Part shown: positions 12,363 to 24,726 of the stretch, one piece after another
Layout of the letters: every line of letters starts with the position of its first letter
Numbering within the stretch: the first letter of the stretch is position 1
Source of the DNA: Scyliorhinus canicula
Lineage: Eukaryota
Length of the DNA: 64,000 nt
Reading direction: 5' to 3'
NCBI RefSeq assembly: GCF_902713615.1
Contig: NC_052163.1
Span: 21,214,248-21,278,247 of the forward strand
The notes under the pieces: model-generated
The model's input: the letters and a program-made list of their open reading frames with translations, nothing else
Told to the model about the DNA's origin: nothing
Database searches by the model: none
Program-made: the position numbers and the translations under genes

Positions 12363-12754
12363 CACCACTAACTCGCCCTGCCCAATCCATGCCACCTTGC
12401 CCTCCATCCACCCCATGCCACCTTATACATGAACAGACTTCACGAGCCACGTGGTGATTTTTTTCTGAACAATTTTATGGACGTCTCGCTCATACACACT
12501 TGATATTCAAAAAAACTCATATTCAAAAAACCCATTCAAAGATTTTAAACCAACTTATATCCATAACCACACCAAAGACAACTAATTCTTTAATTGCCTA
12601 TTTCAATTGTCAATAATAATGTGAACTCAGCCCAGCCACTGTGATAAATGCTTTTGTAACTTTTGAAACTCAGCCAAATAGTCATTTTGACCTGAGCTAT
12701 AATTACAACCCTTGGAAAGTGTCAACAAATAACTCTATTGAAAGTGCAGGAACT

Positions 12755-13296
12755 CTGGATCGAAGCACTGCGCACGGTGAACTTCACCTACTCATACGTT
12801 TGGCTGAGTATAACACATAGTGCACATGATGCACTTGACCAGGACACACATGAGCGAGTTCTTACCAGAGGTGGACGACAAATGTGAACAATGCCAGGGA
12901 GGCCCGGCCAACCACACCCGCATGTTCTGGTCCTGCCCCAGACTTGTCAGGTACTGGACTGCTTTTTTCAAAGCCATTTCCAGAGAATGTGGGTGGAGCC
13001 GTGCCCACGGGTGGCGGTTCCCAGATGGAGGAACACCCAGAACTCTTTATGGGAAGATGGGCAAAAGCCCTACCCTTTGCCTCCCTGATTGGCCACCAGA
13101 GACTCCTGCTCGGCAGGAGATCAGCAGCGCCACCCAAGGCTGGCTGTCCGACTTGGCGGAATTCCTCAAATTGGAAAAAATAAAATTCACCATCAGGGGA
13201 TCGGAAGAAGGTTCCCACGATACAAGGAGGCATCCACCAGCCTCTTCGAGAACCTGTTTGTGACCAGCAACTAAAGGGGGGGGGGGGGGGGGGGGG
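12755..13296 (+). mobile_element. L1/Tx1-clade LINE 3' fragment
   Basis: C-terminal CCHC region CEQCQGGPANHTRMFWSCP, followed by a poly-G tract. Confidence 0.85.
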
Positions 13297-14875
13297 AACG
13301 ACAAAAATAGGAGGGAGGGAAGGAAGGGAGGGAGGGAAGGAGAGGAAGTAACACCAAGGATACAGGGGAAACAAGCAGAGAGATTAAACGGTACTGAGGG
13401 AGGCGAAACACCTATTTATGCTGCCACGACAACTAACAGTTTACACTTTTGTTGTCCCGATCATAATGGGCCGTTTCTAACCTACAGCAGATGGCCTGTC
13501 AATCAAAGCAATCCAGCAGAGGTGCTTTCTAACTCTCAGACAAACACAGAGGGGAGGAGAGGGAGGATAAAAAATGCAAAGTACAAGTAAAAGGTAAGTC
13601 TTTGTTTCAGATTTTATTTCTAGCACACTGTCCTTCAAATCAGGCTTTCAGGACAAGATTTCTGCTTTTTAGTCTGCAAGGTTTTCAATGTAGATTTATT
13701 CAGATCTCTGCAGTTTCAGTAATACAGCTACTCACAGCCTTCCGAGAGAGGGAGGGAGAGAGAGAAAGAGACAGACCGGCGACAGACAAGAGTAGGACCC
13801 AATCATCACCTGTTACAGAGCAGAATATGGCCTTTAGGCCAATTCATTGGTCACCAGCCAACCAATCGTATGGCGTCCCACCCCTTCTCTTGGGTGCCAG
13901 AAAGTCTGAATTCTCCTATTCGAAACACAAGCACCATATACTATGTTGCAACTTTTTGAATGCCTCATCTCTCTGCTGCTCGACTTAAAGACGCATGTCC
14001 ATTAAACAGCCATGGATCAAAACTTTAACAGAAAAAAATAAAGAAAGGAGAAATAAGGGAATCAACAAGAAAGGACCCTCACAATGTGTGGAAAATATCA
14101 GCATGTCACTATACCTGTCGGCTTTCCAATAAATATCAAAATTAATATTATGGGAAAGACAAAGAAAGATTACAAGAAATCTTGGAAATCATTGTCACTA
14201 TCCTTGGGATTGCAGAAGCCACAGATAAGAGTGTGAATCTATAACTACCTGCAAAATCGGAAGGAGCAAATCTAAATGCCCGTTAACAACTGTCACTGAA
14301 AAATGCGATCTATGCAAATAACATGCACGTTACTAAGCGATTCATTGTGACATGCTCTTCAACAGAAATGCATTTGACACAGAGTCTGTGTTGTTTCCTG
14401 CCAGCACCTGACCTCTCGTTGCAGACAATTTATTTTTAGGCCTTTAATCATGTGGAATAATTTTTCCATCATACAACACTTTCAACTCTTCTTTGCATCA
14501 TACTATTATCAATTAAAGTCATCCAGCACATCCAACCTCTGCTCCAACTCATCAACAAGTAAGAACTAACAGTTCAAGCTGTCAGTCTGTCGCATTTTAG
14601 CAAGGGCTTCTCTCGTGAGCAAACTGTTTAGAGTTGTCGATCACAACACTGTCATCCCTTAAGACTCTATAAACAGCTAAGGGTAAGCCTGGGCTTGTTA
14701 CCAGTGAAACAACTCTATCATTATAGTGAACGGACAAGGCTGTGACGACAAATATGGCATAATCTCTTCCTCTCAGTTTGAGTTTCATCACCTTCAGACA
14801 GTTGATTCCTCCCCCCCCCCCCCCCCCCCCACTCCCCCACATTAATGAAAATCCCTCGATATGGTCCAGCCAGAT

Positions 14876-15176
14876 ATAATAATAATAATCTTTAATAGTG
14901 TCACAAGTAGGCTTACATTAACACTTCAATGAAGTTACTGTAAAAATCCCCTAGTCGCCACATTCTGGTGCCTGTTCGGGTACACTGAGGGGGAATTCAG
15001 AATGTCCAAATTATCTAACAGCACGTCTTTCAGGACTTGTGGGAGGAAACCGGAGCACCCGGAGGAAACCCACGCAGACACGGGGAGAACGTCCAGACTC
15101 CGCACAGAGTGACCCTGGCCGGGAATCAAACCTGGGACCCTGACACTGTGAGGCAACAGTGCTAACCACTGTGCTA
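14876..15176 (-). mobile_element. tRNA SINE, third tail subtype, (TTA)n end
   Basis: Homologous to 8124-8418. Confidence 0.85.
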
Positions 15177-16047
15177 GATATGTCAATGGATGGCTCTACC
15201 AGTTGTGCACCAGACACAATCAATCAATCTGCGGCCCTCAGATTCCAGGAGGAGGAGAAGAGTAGGGGCCCTACAGAGGAAAGTTGGAGGCAACACATCA
15301 GCGACTGCTGAAGAATCACGCTGAAGAGAGGACCAAATGCTGAACTGGCAGGAATTTGGGGATGCTTCATATTTGAAACGAGGGATTTTAAACGTCACGC
15401 GAGCTACCTCTGTAAAAATTGGAACGTGGTGTATATTTGTTCACAGCTGTGGTCACCATGAGCTACAATATAATTCCTTGTAAGCGGTGAAATAAGTCTG
15501 CCAAATTAAACAGGTTATTTTAAAATAATTAAGCCACGAATTGCCATCTCCCCCCAAGTTACGGTCAACTTATAATCGAGTGAGCTGAGAAATTGCAGCT
15601 GCTCAATATGACCTTCATGGTGCCGAGCCCAAACTTCCACGATTGCAAGCAGCAGTGGCCAACATCAATCTCTTTACCTGATTGTGGATCCTCCTGCATT
15701 GGAAGTTGCACAAATTTAAATAATAATTCACCAATGCTATGAGGAAGTACACATGCCAAACGTTCAGGTCAGCAGCTCTTTGGATTGATTGACATTAGCA
15801 TTCTAAAAGTAACACGGGAGACCGATGAATAAATGCTAGTGTCCTTCCTGAAGCCAGCTCTGCAAGCATTCAGGCAAAACTCCTGCCAGAACAACTTCCA
15901 TGGACTAGACGCTTGTGTCCAGAGGGGCGTTAACAGCCTCCCCGGCCAGGTCCTTTTCTCTCAACTCTTGAATGCCCAATGGTCCAGACGAGGACAAAGA
16001 AAATGCTTCAATGGCACTCTAAGCTCTCTAATGATTGGAAGAAGCTT

Positions 16048-16232
16048 AATAATAATAGTAATAATAATAATAATCTTTATTGTCACAAGTAGGCTTACAT
16101 TAACACTGCAAAGACATTACTGTGAAAAGCCCAACGTCGCCACACTACGTCGCCCATTCGGATACACAGAGGGAGAATTAAGAATGTCCAAATTACTGAA
16201 CAGCACGTCTTTCGGGACTTGTGGGAGGAAAC
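16048..16232 (-). mobile_element. 5'-truncated SINE, third tail subtype
   Basis: Matches 14876-15050. Confidence 0.75.
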
Positions 16233-16779
16233 CTCCCTTGCTACCAAATGTTCAGAATGGCGTCTATTAACTTGTCCATTAATCTGCAACACACTTTGAG
16301 TCCTGCATTAATGAGGAGGCAGAATGGCGGGGCCACAGGGGGAGAAAAAGGAAACATAATCCTGTACTCCGGCTCCCACTACCTCACGGGAAATCCTGTC
16401 CCACGTGCCCACAGATCTGACGGCCGTAATTGGTCTGTTCCGCCACACAAAGACCCACGGCGGGAAACCTGTGACCCTGAGAAGGCGGCATCCCCGAATC
16501 GCGGGACAGGTGGCAACAATGGTGAAATACACCACTCCGTGAAGTGGCAAAAGATGGGCTCACAAAACAGTTTATTTTCTCTTGTAAACGCCAAGCAAAG
16601 GAAGATTGCACACTTCCTCAAATCTAAGCAGTCATCAAAAAACAAAACATCTCTCAGTCACCGTCATGTACTTTCTTGTGGACTGTTCTAGAACTCTCAG
16701 AATCAGAGCAAGCATCAAGCCGGGCTTTGGTATCTCAGTCACTTTTCAGGTACTTTTAAAACACAGTGGGATGAATTTC

Positions 16780-16918
16780 TTTTTTTTTTTTTTTTTCTTT
16801 TTTTATAAATTTAGATTAGCCAATTATTTTTTCCAATTAAGGGGCAATTTTAGCATGGCCAATCCACCTACTCTGCACATTTTTGGGTTGTGGGGGCGAA
16901 ACCCACGCAGACACGGGG
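16780..16918 (-). mobile_element. 5'-truncated poly(A) SINE
   Basis: T-run; 15-bp TSD agtgggatgaatttc at 16765-16779 and 16919-16933. Confidence 0.9.
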
Positions 16919-17028
16919 AGTGGGATGAATTTCAACTGAACTCACTGGACAGGAAACGCACAATATTCTTAAGAGCCATCTAAAATGGCCTAGAAAGACA
17001 CTCGGTGTCAAAAAGATGTAATCCGCAA

Positions 17029-17315
17029 GGGCAGCACAGTGGCATAGTGGTTAGCACTGCTGCCTCACGGCGCCAGGGACCTGGGTTCAATTTCAGCCTT
17101 GGGCGAGTGTCTGTGCGGAGTCTGCACATTCTCCCCATGTCTGCGTGGGTTTCCTTCGGGTGCTCCAGTTTCCTCCCTTAGTCCAAAGATGCGCAGGTTA
17201 GTTGGGGTTGCGGGGATGGGGAAAATGGGTGGGCCTATGTGGGGTGCTCTTTCAGAGGTTCGGTGCAATCTCAAAGGGCCGAATGGCCTTTTTCTGTACT
17301 ATAGGGACTCTATGG
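17029..17315 (+). mobile_element. HE1-type SINE, CR1-type tail
   Basis: gggcagcacagtggcatagtggttagc head; tagggactctatg end. Confidence 0.85.
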
Positions 17316-18566
17316 ACTTCAAAACAGTTCAGCACCACCTTCTCAAGGGCCACCATCTCATGGCAATTCGGGATGGACAATCAATTCTCAGTTCAATTTG
17401 CCAGTGACAGCCCATGAAAGAATTAAAAAATATATATTTTTTGAAAGAAAGTTTTCAAAAATTAAGGCAAATCTGAAAGAGAATTCCTTCACTGCAGGAA
17501 CAGTTCAAACGTTCCCCCTTAACACCAGGTCCACTAAGTACAATAGAGGGATGAAATTGTAGCGATTAGGCTACATTGTCCAGATGCTACCATCTGGGGG
17601 AGGGGATGGGAGGGGGGCTAAGATTCAGAGGCTGACCTTCCCCCACAGGCCATGATCTGACTGAAATGTTATGGGGGAGGGGCTGCTGCCGAGGCATCGG
17701 ATGACCACTTAAGGGCCTTGTCCTTAAGTGGGAAGCCTGGCAGCTTTAGCTGCATGACTAGAGTGAGGCAAGGATGATGAGGACCTCCTTTGGGAGTCCC
17801 CTGGGCCCATGGAGTCGCTCCTAAAGTTACTCCCCCCCCCCAACCCCCCCCCCCCCCCCCCCATTCTTCCATATTTAACCCTTCCCTGGTCCTTAAACTC
17901 ACACAACATCCCACCACCAGCCCCCCACTCCCCCACCAGTCCTACACCCCTCCAGGGAGATCTGAGCCGGGACTTACTGGGCCCCTCAGCGTGATGGAAC
18001 TGATGTGGACCCAGCAGTGGCCAGCACTCCAACTGGCGCTGCAGGAACTACAGACCTTTGGCCAGCCGATTAGTCAATTGCGGGATTTCCGCCTCTGACA
18101 ATATCGACCTGAATGAAATTGGAGCAGCTCCCGGCGTTAAATCTCTGTGGGGCAGCCGTGGGTGGGTGGGCCCTCTGATATTTGTCTGGGGTTGGGGCTC
18201 TCTGATATTTGTCTGGGGTTGGGGATGGGTAATCAGAGAGGGGTAAGTAAATGGCAGCATTGGCAGCAATGCCCACATCCCATGAATGAATTTAAAAAAG
18301 GGAGGAGCGTGTGCACGAGCACATGGTGATGGTCACCACGTGAGGACCTCAGCACATGCACAAACAGATACCGGCGGCCATTTTGCATTGGCACGCGACA
18401 CATTGCTGAAGTTACTGGCAATGAGCAGCAGTCTGTGAAGTGTATTATCCTTTAAATAGTTGACTAATTGTTGTGTAAATGGGAAAAAAATATTTATTCA
18501 ATATGGTTGACTTTAAAGGTGATAAAAGAATAACATATCATCGAGTTATTGGCTGGAAAAGGTTAA

Positions 18567-18775
18567 CCATGATGTGGAGATGCCGGCGTTGGACTGGGGT
18601 GAGCACAGTAAGAAGTCTTACAACACCAGGTTAAAGTCCAACAGGTTTGTTTCAAACACGAGCTTTCGGAGCACGGCTCCTTCTTCAGGTGAATGAAGAA
18701 GGAGCCGTGCTCCGAAAGCTCGTGTTTGAAACAAACCTGTTGGACTTTAACCTGGTGTTGTAAGACTTCTTACTG
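18567..18775 (-). mobile_element. Penelope-like fold-back element, perfect 82-bp hairpin
   Basis: Arms 18606-18687 and 18694-18775 are exact reverse complements with a 6-nt loop; tail 18569-18605; 14-bp TSD ctggaaaaggttaa at 18553-18566 and 18773-18786. Confidence 0.92.
18657..18691 (-). ncRNA. Minimal type I hammerhead ribozyme motif
   Basis: Minus strand reads cac-CTGAAGA-a-[ggagc cgt gctcc]-GAAA-gc-TC-gtg, NUH=CUC. Confidence 0.75.
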
Positions 18776-19344
18776 GAAAAGGTTAAGGCATTGGATGGCA
18801 CTGAACGCGAATTTTAAAATATTTGAACCGAGTTGACATAATGATGTTTTACAAACACTTTGGGGCGACTGAAATGATGAAAGAAAAGAATTTTCGGCAT
18901 GATATTTGAACCAAACGAGCTCTGCGAGTCATTTGCCCTTAAATTTAGGTCAAAATTGCCCTAAGTGAAAAGCATTTCCTTTGAATATGCAGATATTAAT
19001 GACATGGGATTGTACCGACAATTCCACCAGCAACAACCAAAAAAACAACAAAGCAATAAGTAGCTCATTAAATGAGAAATCAGCAAGCAGCCCTGCAGGA
19101 ATCTATGAGCTGGTGCTCAGTGACGCAGTACAACCCCATCTGATCAAAGTCAGAGGCTTCCTATAACAAGAATTTTAGCATCCCTCTGCAGTAATGAATA
19201 TAAAATAGTTGGAATTTACCACATTATTTTCTGTTATTTTATCAGAACACAATTGATGGAATCAATTCATGGGAATTCTGAACTGTGCAAGTTTCTATAT
19301 TTTTACTAAATGCCGAGGTCAAGGTGCAGAATTGCATACTCTCA

Positions 19345-19760
19345 GTAATCCATGTCCAAATGCATCAAGACCTGGACAATGTCCAGGCTTGGACTGACAA
19401 GTGGCAAGTACAGTCGCACCACACAACTGCCAGGCAATGACCATCTCCAACAAGAGAAAATCTAACCATCGTCCCTTAACATTCAATGGCATTATCGTCA
19501 CTAAATCCCCCACTATCAACATCCTGAGGTTACCATTGACCAGAAATTCTACTGGACTCACCATATAAATGCTGTGGCTACAAGCGCAGATCAGAGGCGA
19601 GATATCCTGTGTCGAGTAATTAATCTCCTGACTCCCCAGTGACTGTCCACAATCTACGAGACACAAGTCAGGAGTGTGATAGAATGCTCTACTCTTGCCT
19701 GAACGAGTCCAGCGCCAACAACACTCAAGAAGATTGGCACCATCCAGGACAAAGTAGCCG
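19345..19760 (+). mobile_element. CR1/L2-clade LINE RT fragment
   Basis: Degenerate DLDNVQAWTDKWQV and STIYETQVRSVIEC motifs. Confidence 0.7.
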
Positions 19761-20006
19761 GGTCTGACAGAGAGTCATCTGACCTGATCGGCAGCGTCCT
19801 CAGCCCCAGCCTCCCAGTTACCAATCTTCCCTCTCACCCACCTACCCACTCACTGCCAACCCTCCTGTTTGACCACCTTCCGTCTCTCCAACCTTCGCGT
19901 CCACTGCCAACCTTCCTGCTTACCAGCCTTCTCCCTCACCGGCACAACATTAAAAATTTTTTTTCGAGTACCCAAATCCTTTTTTTATAGTTAAGGGGCA
20001 ATTTAG

Positions 20007-22465
20007 AACAAAGAACAAAGAAAATTACAGCATAGGAACAGGCCCTTCAGCCCTCCCAGCCTGCACCAATCCAGATCCTTTATCTAAACCTGTCGCCTAT
20101 TTTCCAAGGTCAACTTCCCTCTGTTTCCCGCCCGTTCATATATCTGTCCAGATGCATCTTAAATGATGCTACCGTGCCCGCCTCTACCACCTCCGCTGGC
20201 AAAGTGTACCAGGCACCCACCACCCACTGCGTAAAAAACTTTCCACGCACATCTCCCTTAAAAGTTCCCCCTCTCACCTTGAACTCGTGACCCCTTGTAA
20301 TTGATACCCCCACTCTTGGAAAAAGCTTGCTGCTATCCACCCTGTCCATACCTCTCATAATTTTGTAGACCTCAATCAGGTCCCCCCTGAACCTCCGTCT
20401 TTCCAATGAAAACAATCCTAATCTACTCAACCTTTCTTCATAGCTTGTACCCTCCATACCAGGCAACATTGTGGTGAACCTCCTCTGCACCCTCTCTAAA
20501 GCATCCACATCCTTCTGGTAATGTGGCGACCAGAACTGCACACAGTATTCCAAATGTGGCCTAACCAAAGTCCTATACAACTGTAACATGACCTGCCGAC
20601 TCTTGTATTCAATACCCCGTCCGATGAAGGCAAGCATGCTGTATGCCTTCTTGACCACTCTATCGATCTGTGTTGCCACCTTCAGGGTACAATGGACCTG
20701 AACTCCCAGATCTCTTTGTATATCAATTTTCCCAAGGACTCTTCCATTGACCATATAGTCTGCTTTTGAGTTAGATCTTCCAAAATGCATCACCTCGTAT
20801 TTGCCTGGATTGAACTCCATCTGCCATTTCTCTGCCCAACTCTCCAATCTATCTATATTTTGCTGTATTCTCTGACAGTCCTCCTCGCTATCTGCAACTC
20901 CACCAATCTTAGTATCATCTGTAAACTTGCTAATCAGACCACTTATACCTTCATCCAGATCATTTATGTATATCACAAACAACAGTGGTCCGAGCACGGA
21001 TCCCTGTGGAACACCACTAGTCACCTTTCTCCATTTTGAGACACTCCCTTCCACCACTACTCTCTGTCTCCTGTTGCCCAGCCAGTTCTTTATCCATCTA
21101 GCTAGTACACCCTGAACCCCATACGCCTTCACTTTTTCCATCAACCTGCCATGGGAAACTTTATCAAACACCTTACTGAAGTGCATGTATATGACATCTA
21201 CAGCCCTTCCCTCATCAATTAACTTTGTCACTTCCTCAAAGAATTCTATTAGGTTTGTAAGACATGACCTTCCCTGCACAAAACCATGCTGCCTATCACT
21301 GATAAGTCTATTTTCTTCCAAATGTGAATAGATCCTATCCCTCAGTATCTTCTCCAACAGTTTGCCTACCACTGACGTCAAGCTCACATGTCTATAATTT
21401 CCTGGATTATCCCTGCTACCCTTCTTAAACAAAGGGACAACATTAGCAATTCTCCAGTCCTCCGGAACCTCACCAGTGCTCAAGGATGCTGCAAAGATAT
21501 CTGTTAAGGCCCCAGATATTTTGTCCCTCGCTTCCCTCAGTAACCTGGGATAGATCCCATCCGGTCCTGGGGACTTGTCCACCTTAATGCCTTTTAGAAT
21601 ACCCAAAACCTCCCCCTTCCTTATGCCGACATGACCTAGAGTATTCAAACATCCATCCCTAGCCTCAACATCCGTCATGTCCCTCTCTTTGGTGAATACC
21701 GATGCAAAGTACTCATTAAGAATCTCACTCATTTCCTCTGACTCCACGCATAAATTCCCTCTTTTGTCTTTAAGTGGGCCAATCCTTTCTCTAGTTACCC
21801 TCTTGCTCCTTACATACGAATAAAAGGCTTTGGGATTTTCCTTAACCGTGTTAGCCAAAGATATTTCATGATCCCTTTTAGCCCTCTTTATTGCGCGTTT
21901 GAGATTTGTCCTACTTTCCTGATATTCCTCCAAAGCTTCATCAGTTTTGAGTCGCCTCGATCTTATGTATGCTTCCTTTTTCACCTTAGCTAGTCTCACA
22001 ATTCCACCGGTCATCCATGGTTCCCTAATCTTGCCATTTTTATCTCTCATTTTCACAGGAACATGTCTGTCCTGCACTCTAATCAACCTTTCCTTAAAAG
22101 ACTCCCACATTTCAAATGTGGATTTACCCTTAAACAGCTGCTCCCAATCCACATTCCCGTGCTCCTGCCGAATTATGTTATAGTTGGCCTTTCCCCAATT
22201 TAGCACTCTTCCTTTAGGACCACTCTCGTCTTTGTCCATGAGTATTCTAAAACTTACGGAATTGTGATCGCTATTCCCCAAGTAATCACCGACTGAAACG
22301 TCAACCACCTGGCCGGGATCATTCCCCAATACCAGGTCCAGTATGGCCCCTTCCCGAGTTGGACTATTTACATACTGCTCTTAAAAACTCTCATGGATGC
22401 TCCTTACAAATTCTGCTCCATCTACGCCTCCAACACTACTTGAGTCCCATTCAATGTTGGGGAAG
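20007..22465 (-). mobile_element. CR1/HER1-type LINE, 5'-truncated, inserted inside a SINE
   Basis: ORF2 plus 3' UTR ending (ttctttg)n; splits the SINE motif ggggcaatttag|gtggccaatcc with ttag at both junctions. Confidence 0.95.
20110..22329 (-). CDS. CR1 ORF2 (end of endonuclease, tether, reverse transcriptase), partial and probably inactive
   Basis: SDHN, KSPGPDG, QHGF, GVPQGSVLGP, FTDD, RPHLEYC motifs; no true start codon. Confidence 0.9.
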   Translation of the reverse strand: MGNDPGQVVDVSVGDYLGNSDHNSVSFRILMDKDESGPKGRVLNWGKANYNIIRQEHGNVDWEQLFKGKSTFEMWESFKERLIRVQDRHVPVKMRDKNGKIREPWMTGGIVRLAKVKKEAYIRSRRLKTDEALEEYQESRTNLKRAIKRAKRDHEISLANTVKENPKAFYSYVRSKRVTRERIGPLKDKRGNLCVESEEMSEILNEYFASVFTKERDMTDVEARDGCLNTLGHVGIRKGEVLGILKGIKVDKSPGPDGIYPRLLREARDKISGALTDIFAASLSTGEVPEDWRIANVVPLFKKGSRDNPGNYRHVSLTSVVGKLLEKILRDRIYSHLEENRLISDRQHGFVQGRSCLTNLIEFFEEVTKLIDEGRAVDVIYMHFSKVFDKVSHGRLMEKVKAYGVQGVLARWIKNWLGNRRQRVVVEGSVSKWRKVTSGVPQGSVLGPLLFVIYINDLDEGISGLISKFTDDTKIGGVADSEEDCQRIQQNIDRLESWAEKWQMEFNPGKYEVMHFGRSNSKADYMVNGRVLGKIDIQRDLGVQVHCTLKVATQIDRVVKKAYSMLAFIGRGIEYKSRQVMLQLYRTLVRPHLEYCVQFWSPHYQKDVDALERVQRRFTTMLPGMEGTSYEERLSRLGLFSLERRRFRGDLIEVYKIMRGMDRVDSSKLFPRVGVSITRGHEFKVRGGTFKGDVRGKFFTQWVVGAWYTLPAEVVEAGTVASFKMHLDRYMNGRETEGS

Positions 22466-22613
22466 TTAGTGTGGCCAATCCACCTAGCCTGCACATCTTT
22501 TGGGTCACTGGCATAACATTAAAACAAAACACACTGTATGCGAATATCAGCCCCATTAACTGACCAATGTTAATATGGAACATATGAAATGGGGCAACAG
22601 ATGACGGGGGCCA

Positions 22614-24237
22614 TGGCCGGATCCTCCGCCACCCTCACCGGGCTCCTGATGCGGCGGAGGATTAGGCGTCATGAAGAAAACAGGATCGGCATCCAATGCT
22701 CCAGCCCCCCGTTAGCGGCGTGATCAATATTCACGACCACGCGCAAGCGGGAGGATGCAAATGGGTCTTGAAGGCCTATTTGCGTTCACTTAGTGGGCCG
22801 GACACCGTACTCTCTGGGACTGCGTGATTTTCTGGTCAATTTCCAGCTAAGTACTTCAAAATCACTCAGGTGTGAAGGCGGGGGTGGGGGGGGCGGGGAA
22901 GAGTGGGTGATTGGAATGCACTTAACTCTCTTTGAAGAGGTTGAGGTTTACAACCGTGAGGGAAAATTATTGAAGCAAGGCTGACAGCTGTGTGTGTGGA
23001 AGCTGTCAATCACAGCCCAGTAAGGGAAGTGAATAATTGCCTTGCAGCCCAAGGATCTGAGGGTTTCAACAGGTCGCTGGTTTCTCTTTCTAGGAATTGA
23101 CATGTGCTGCTTCCTCCGTCTGAGCCAGCAGGTGTATTGCCCAGGTGAGTGTTATAACAGTATTTTTGTCCACAGCCTCTGTCTGAACTGCTTTAGCTTC
23201 CAGGCAGGGGTCTCTTTTTTGGGGGCAGGCCTCCTTATTCAGGGAGCCTCTGTGAGGCCCTATTTTAAGGGCTCTGTGAGGAGTCTCCCTATTTAGGGGG
23301 TTTCTGTGAGGAGTCTCCCTATTTCGGCGGGTGTCTGTGGGAGGTCTCCCTATCCAGAAAATCCAGGGATGGTGGTTGATTTGCGATGCGGTGTGGGGAG
23401 GGGGGGTGGGGGTGGGGGAGAGTAGCCAGCCGCGGGACCTCGCTGTCAGGCCAGCTGCTCAAAATGGCGGCCCATTAGCAGGAATCCCACGCAATCCTCG
23501 CAAAGCATAAATTTGCATGGTTGAGGATTGGGCTGGGAGTGCAAATCAGCAGCAATTCACTTCCGGTGGGAGAACATGGGGCTGGATGCTCCGTTTCAGC
23601 GACTAAGTGTTGACGACAATGGAGCATGTGTGGTCTTTTACGACCAAATTTCTGCGTGAAACACTCACTGATTCCAGGACCGGTGAACGGCTGTGGGTGA
23701 AACTCCCGGCTCCCATGCCGAAAATGGCCGGAGAATGGCTGGGTCCCTGGCCGCGCATGCGCACGTCTGACGTCCTGCAGCGGTCACGCCGTACAACATG
23801 GTGCCTGCCGTACGCGGACCCGACCCGCCAACTGCGACCCCACAGCCCACCCCCTGGCCACACCCCAGCATTCCCCCAGGCCCTTGTGGAGCCCCCCCCA
23901 CCCCCGCCCCCCGATCAGTAGCACGGATCGCGGCCATGTGTGGTGGCGCTGGACACAGTCCAGAGCCGCCACGCCGGGTTCCCGCACGGCTGAGACCACA
24001 CATGTCCCTCGCTGTCGGGAACTCAGCCCATCGGGGGCGGAGCATCGTGGGAGGGCCGGTTGATGATGCGCCAATGCTGTTGCAGCACACGACAACGCCA
24101 TTTCCGAAGGGCAGAGCAGGGATGACCGGTGTCAAACTGCAGCCGACCCCGATTGGGCGTTGGAGTCGATTCCCTGCCCGATCACCGATTATGACCGAGA
24201 ATCCAGCCCACAGTCACCCAAACAGAGAATCCCGGCT
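22614..24237. mobile_element. Older Harbinger-like nonautonomous element hosting a nested MITE
   Basis: Degenerate ends tggccggatcctcc...agagaatcccggct; similar to 29259-30478. Confidence 0.55.
23579..24209. mobile_element. Harbinger-like MITE (nested)
   Basis: TIR gggctggatgctcc...cgagaatccagccc; related to 50595-51089. Confidence 0.75.
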
Positions 24238-24585
24238 TATTCACCAACTACATCTCGCGATCTTGTGCAACCGGAGCGCTAACACTGGAGGGAGCCATTC
24301 AGCACTAAATGCCTAGCATCCATCGCACTAAAGGAGATTCTTGTACTATTTTGGGAAGCAAATCTATTCTAACCCCACCTGGCTTCATATTACTTCACCC
24401 TCATTGCCCAACATAGTCATTAAGATGATTATTAACCAACCAATACATGATTTCTCCCAGTAGAGTCCTTTCATTAGGCGATTCAGGTCAATGCAAATGT
24501 TGTGAGATCTGGACTGAGATTTGCTTCAGTTAAAATTTATTTTTAATTGAAAATTTAAGTGAAAAAAATGCGTGTGGCGGGGGGT

Positions 24586-24620
<35 letters not shown>

Positions 24621-24726
24621 AAACGTACCAGCAAGGTCAATGAATGCAGAAAAGACAATTGAATTGTTAATTAAGCACTTGTTTTGTAACGTCAAATTGA
24701 ATTTTAAAAAGTCCGGGAGGGAAAAG

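Noticed and set aside
18606-18775. Pre-miRNA or DNA-transposon MITE
   Set aside because: One-sided tail, 11-14 bp TSDs, variable inversion point and hammerhead core fit Penelope-like termini better
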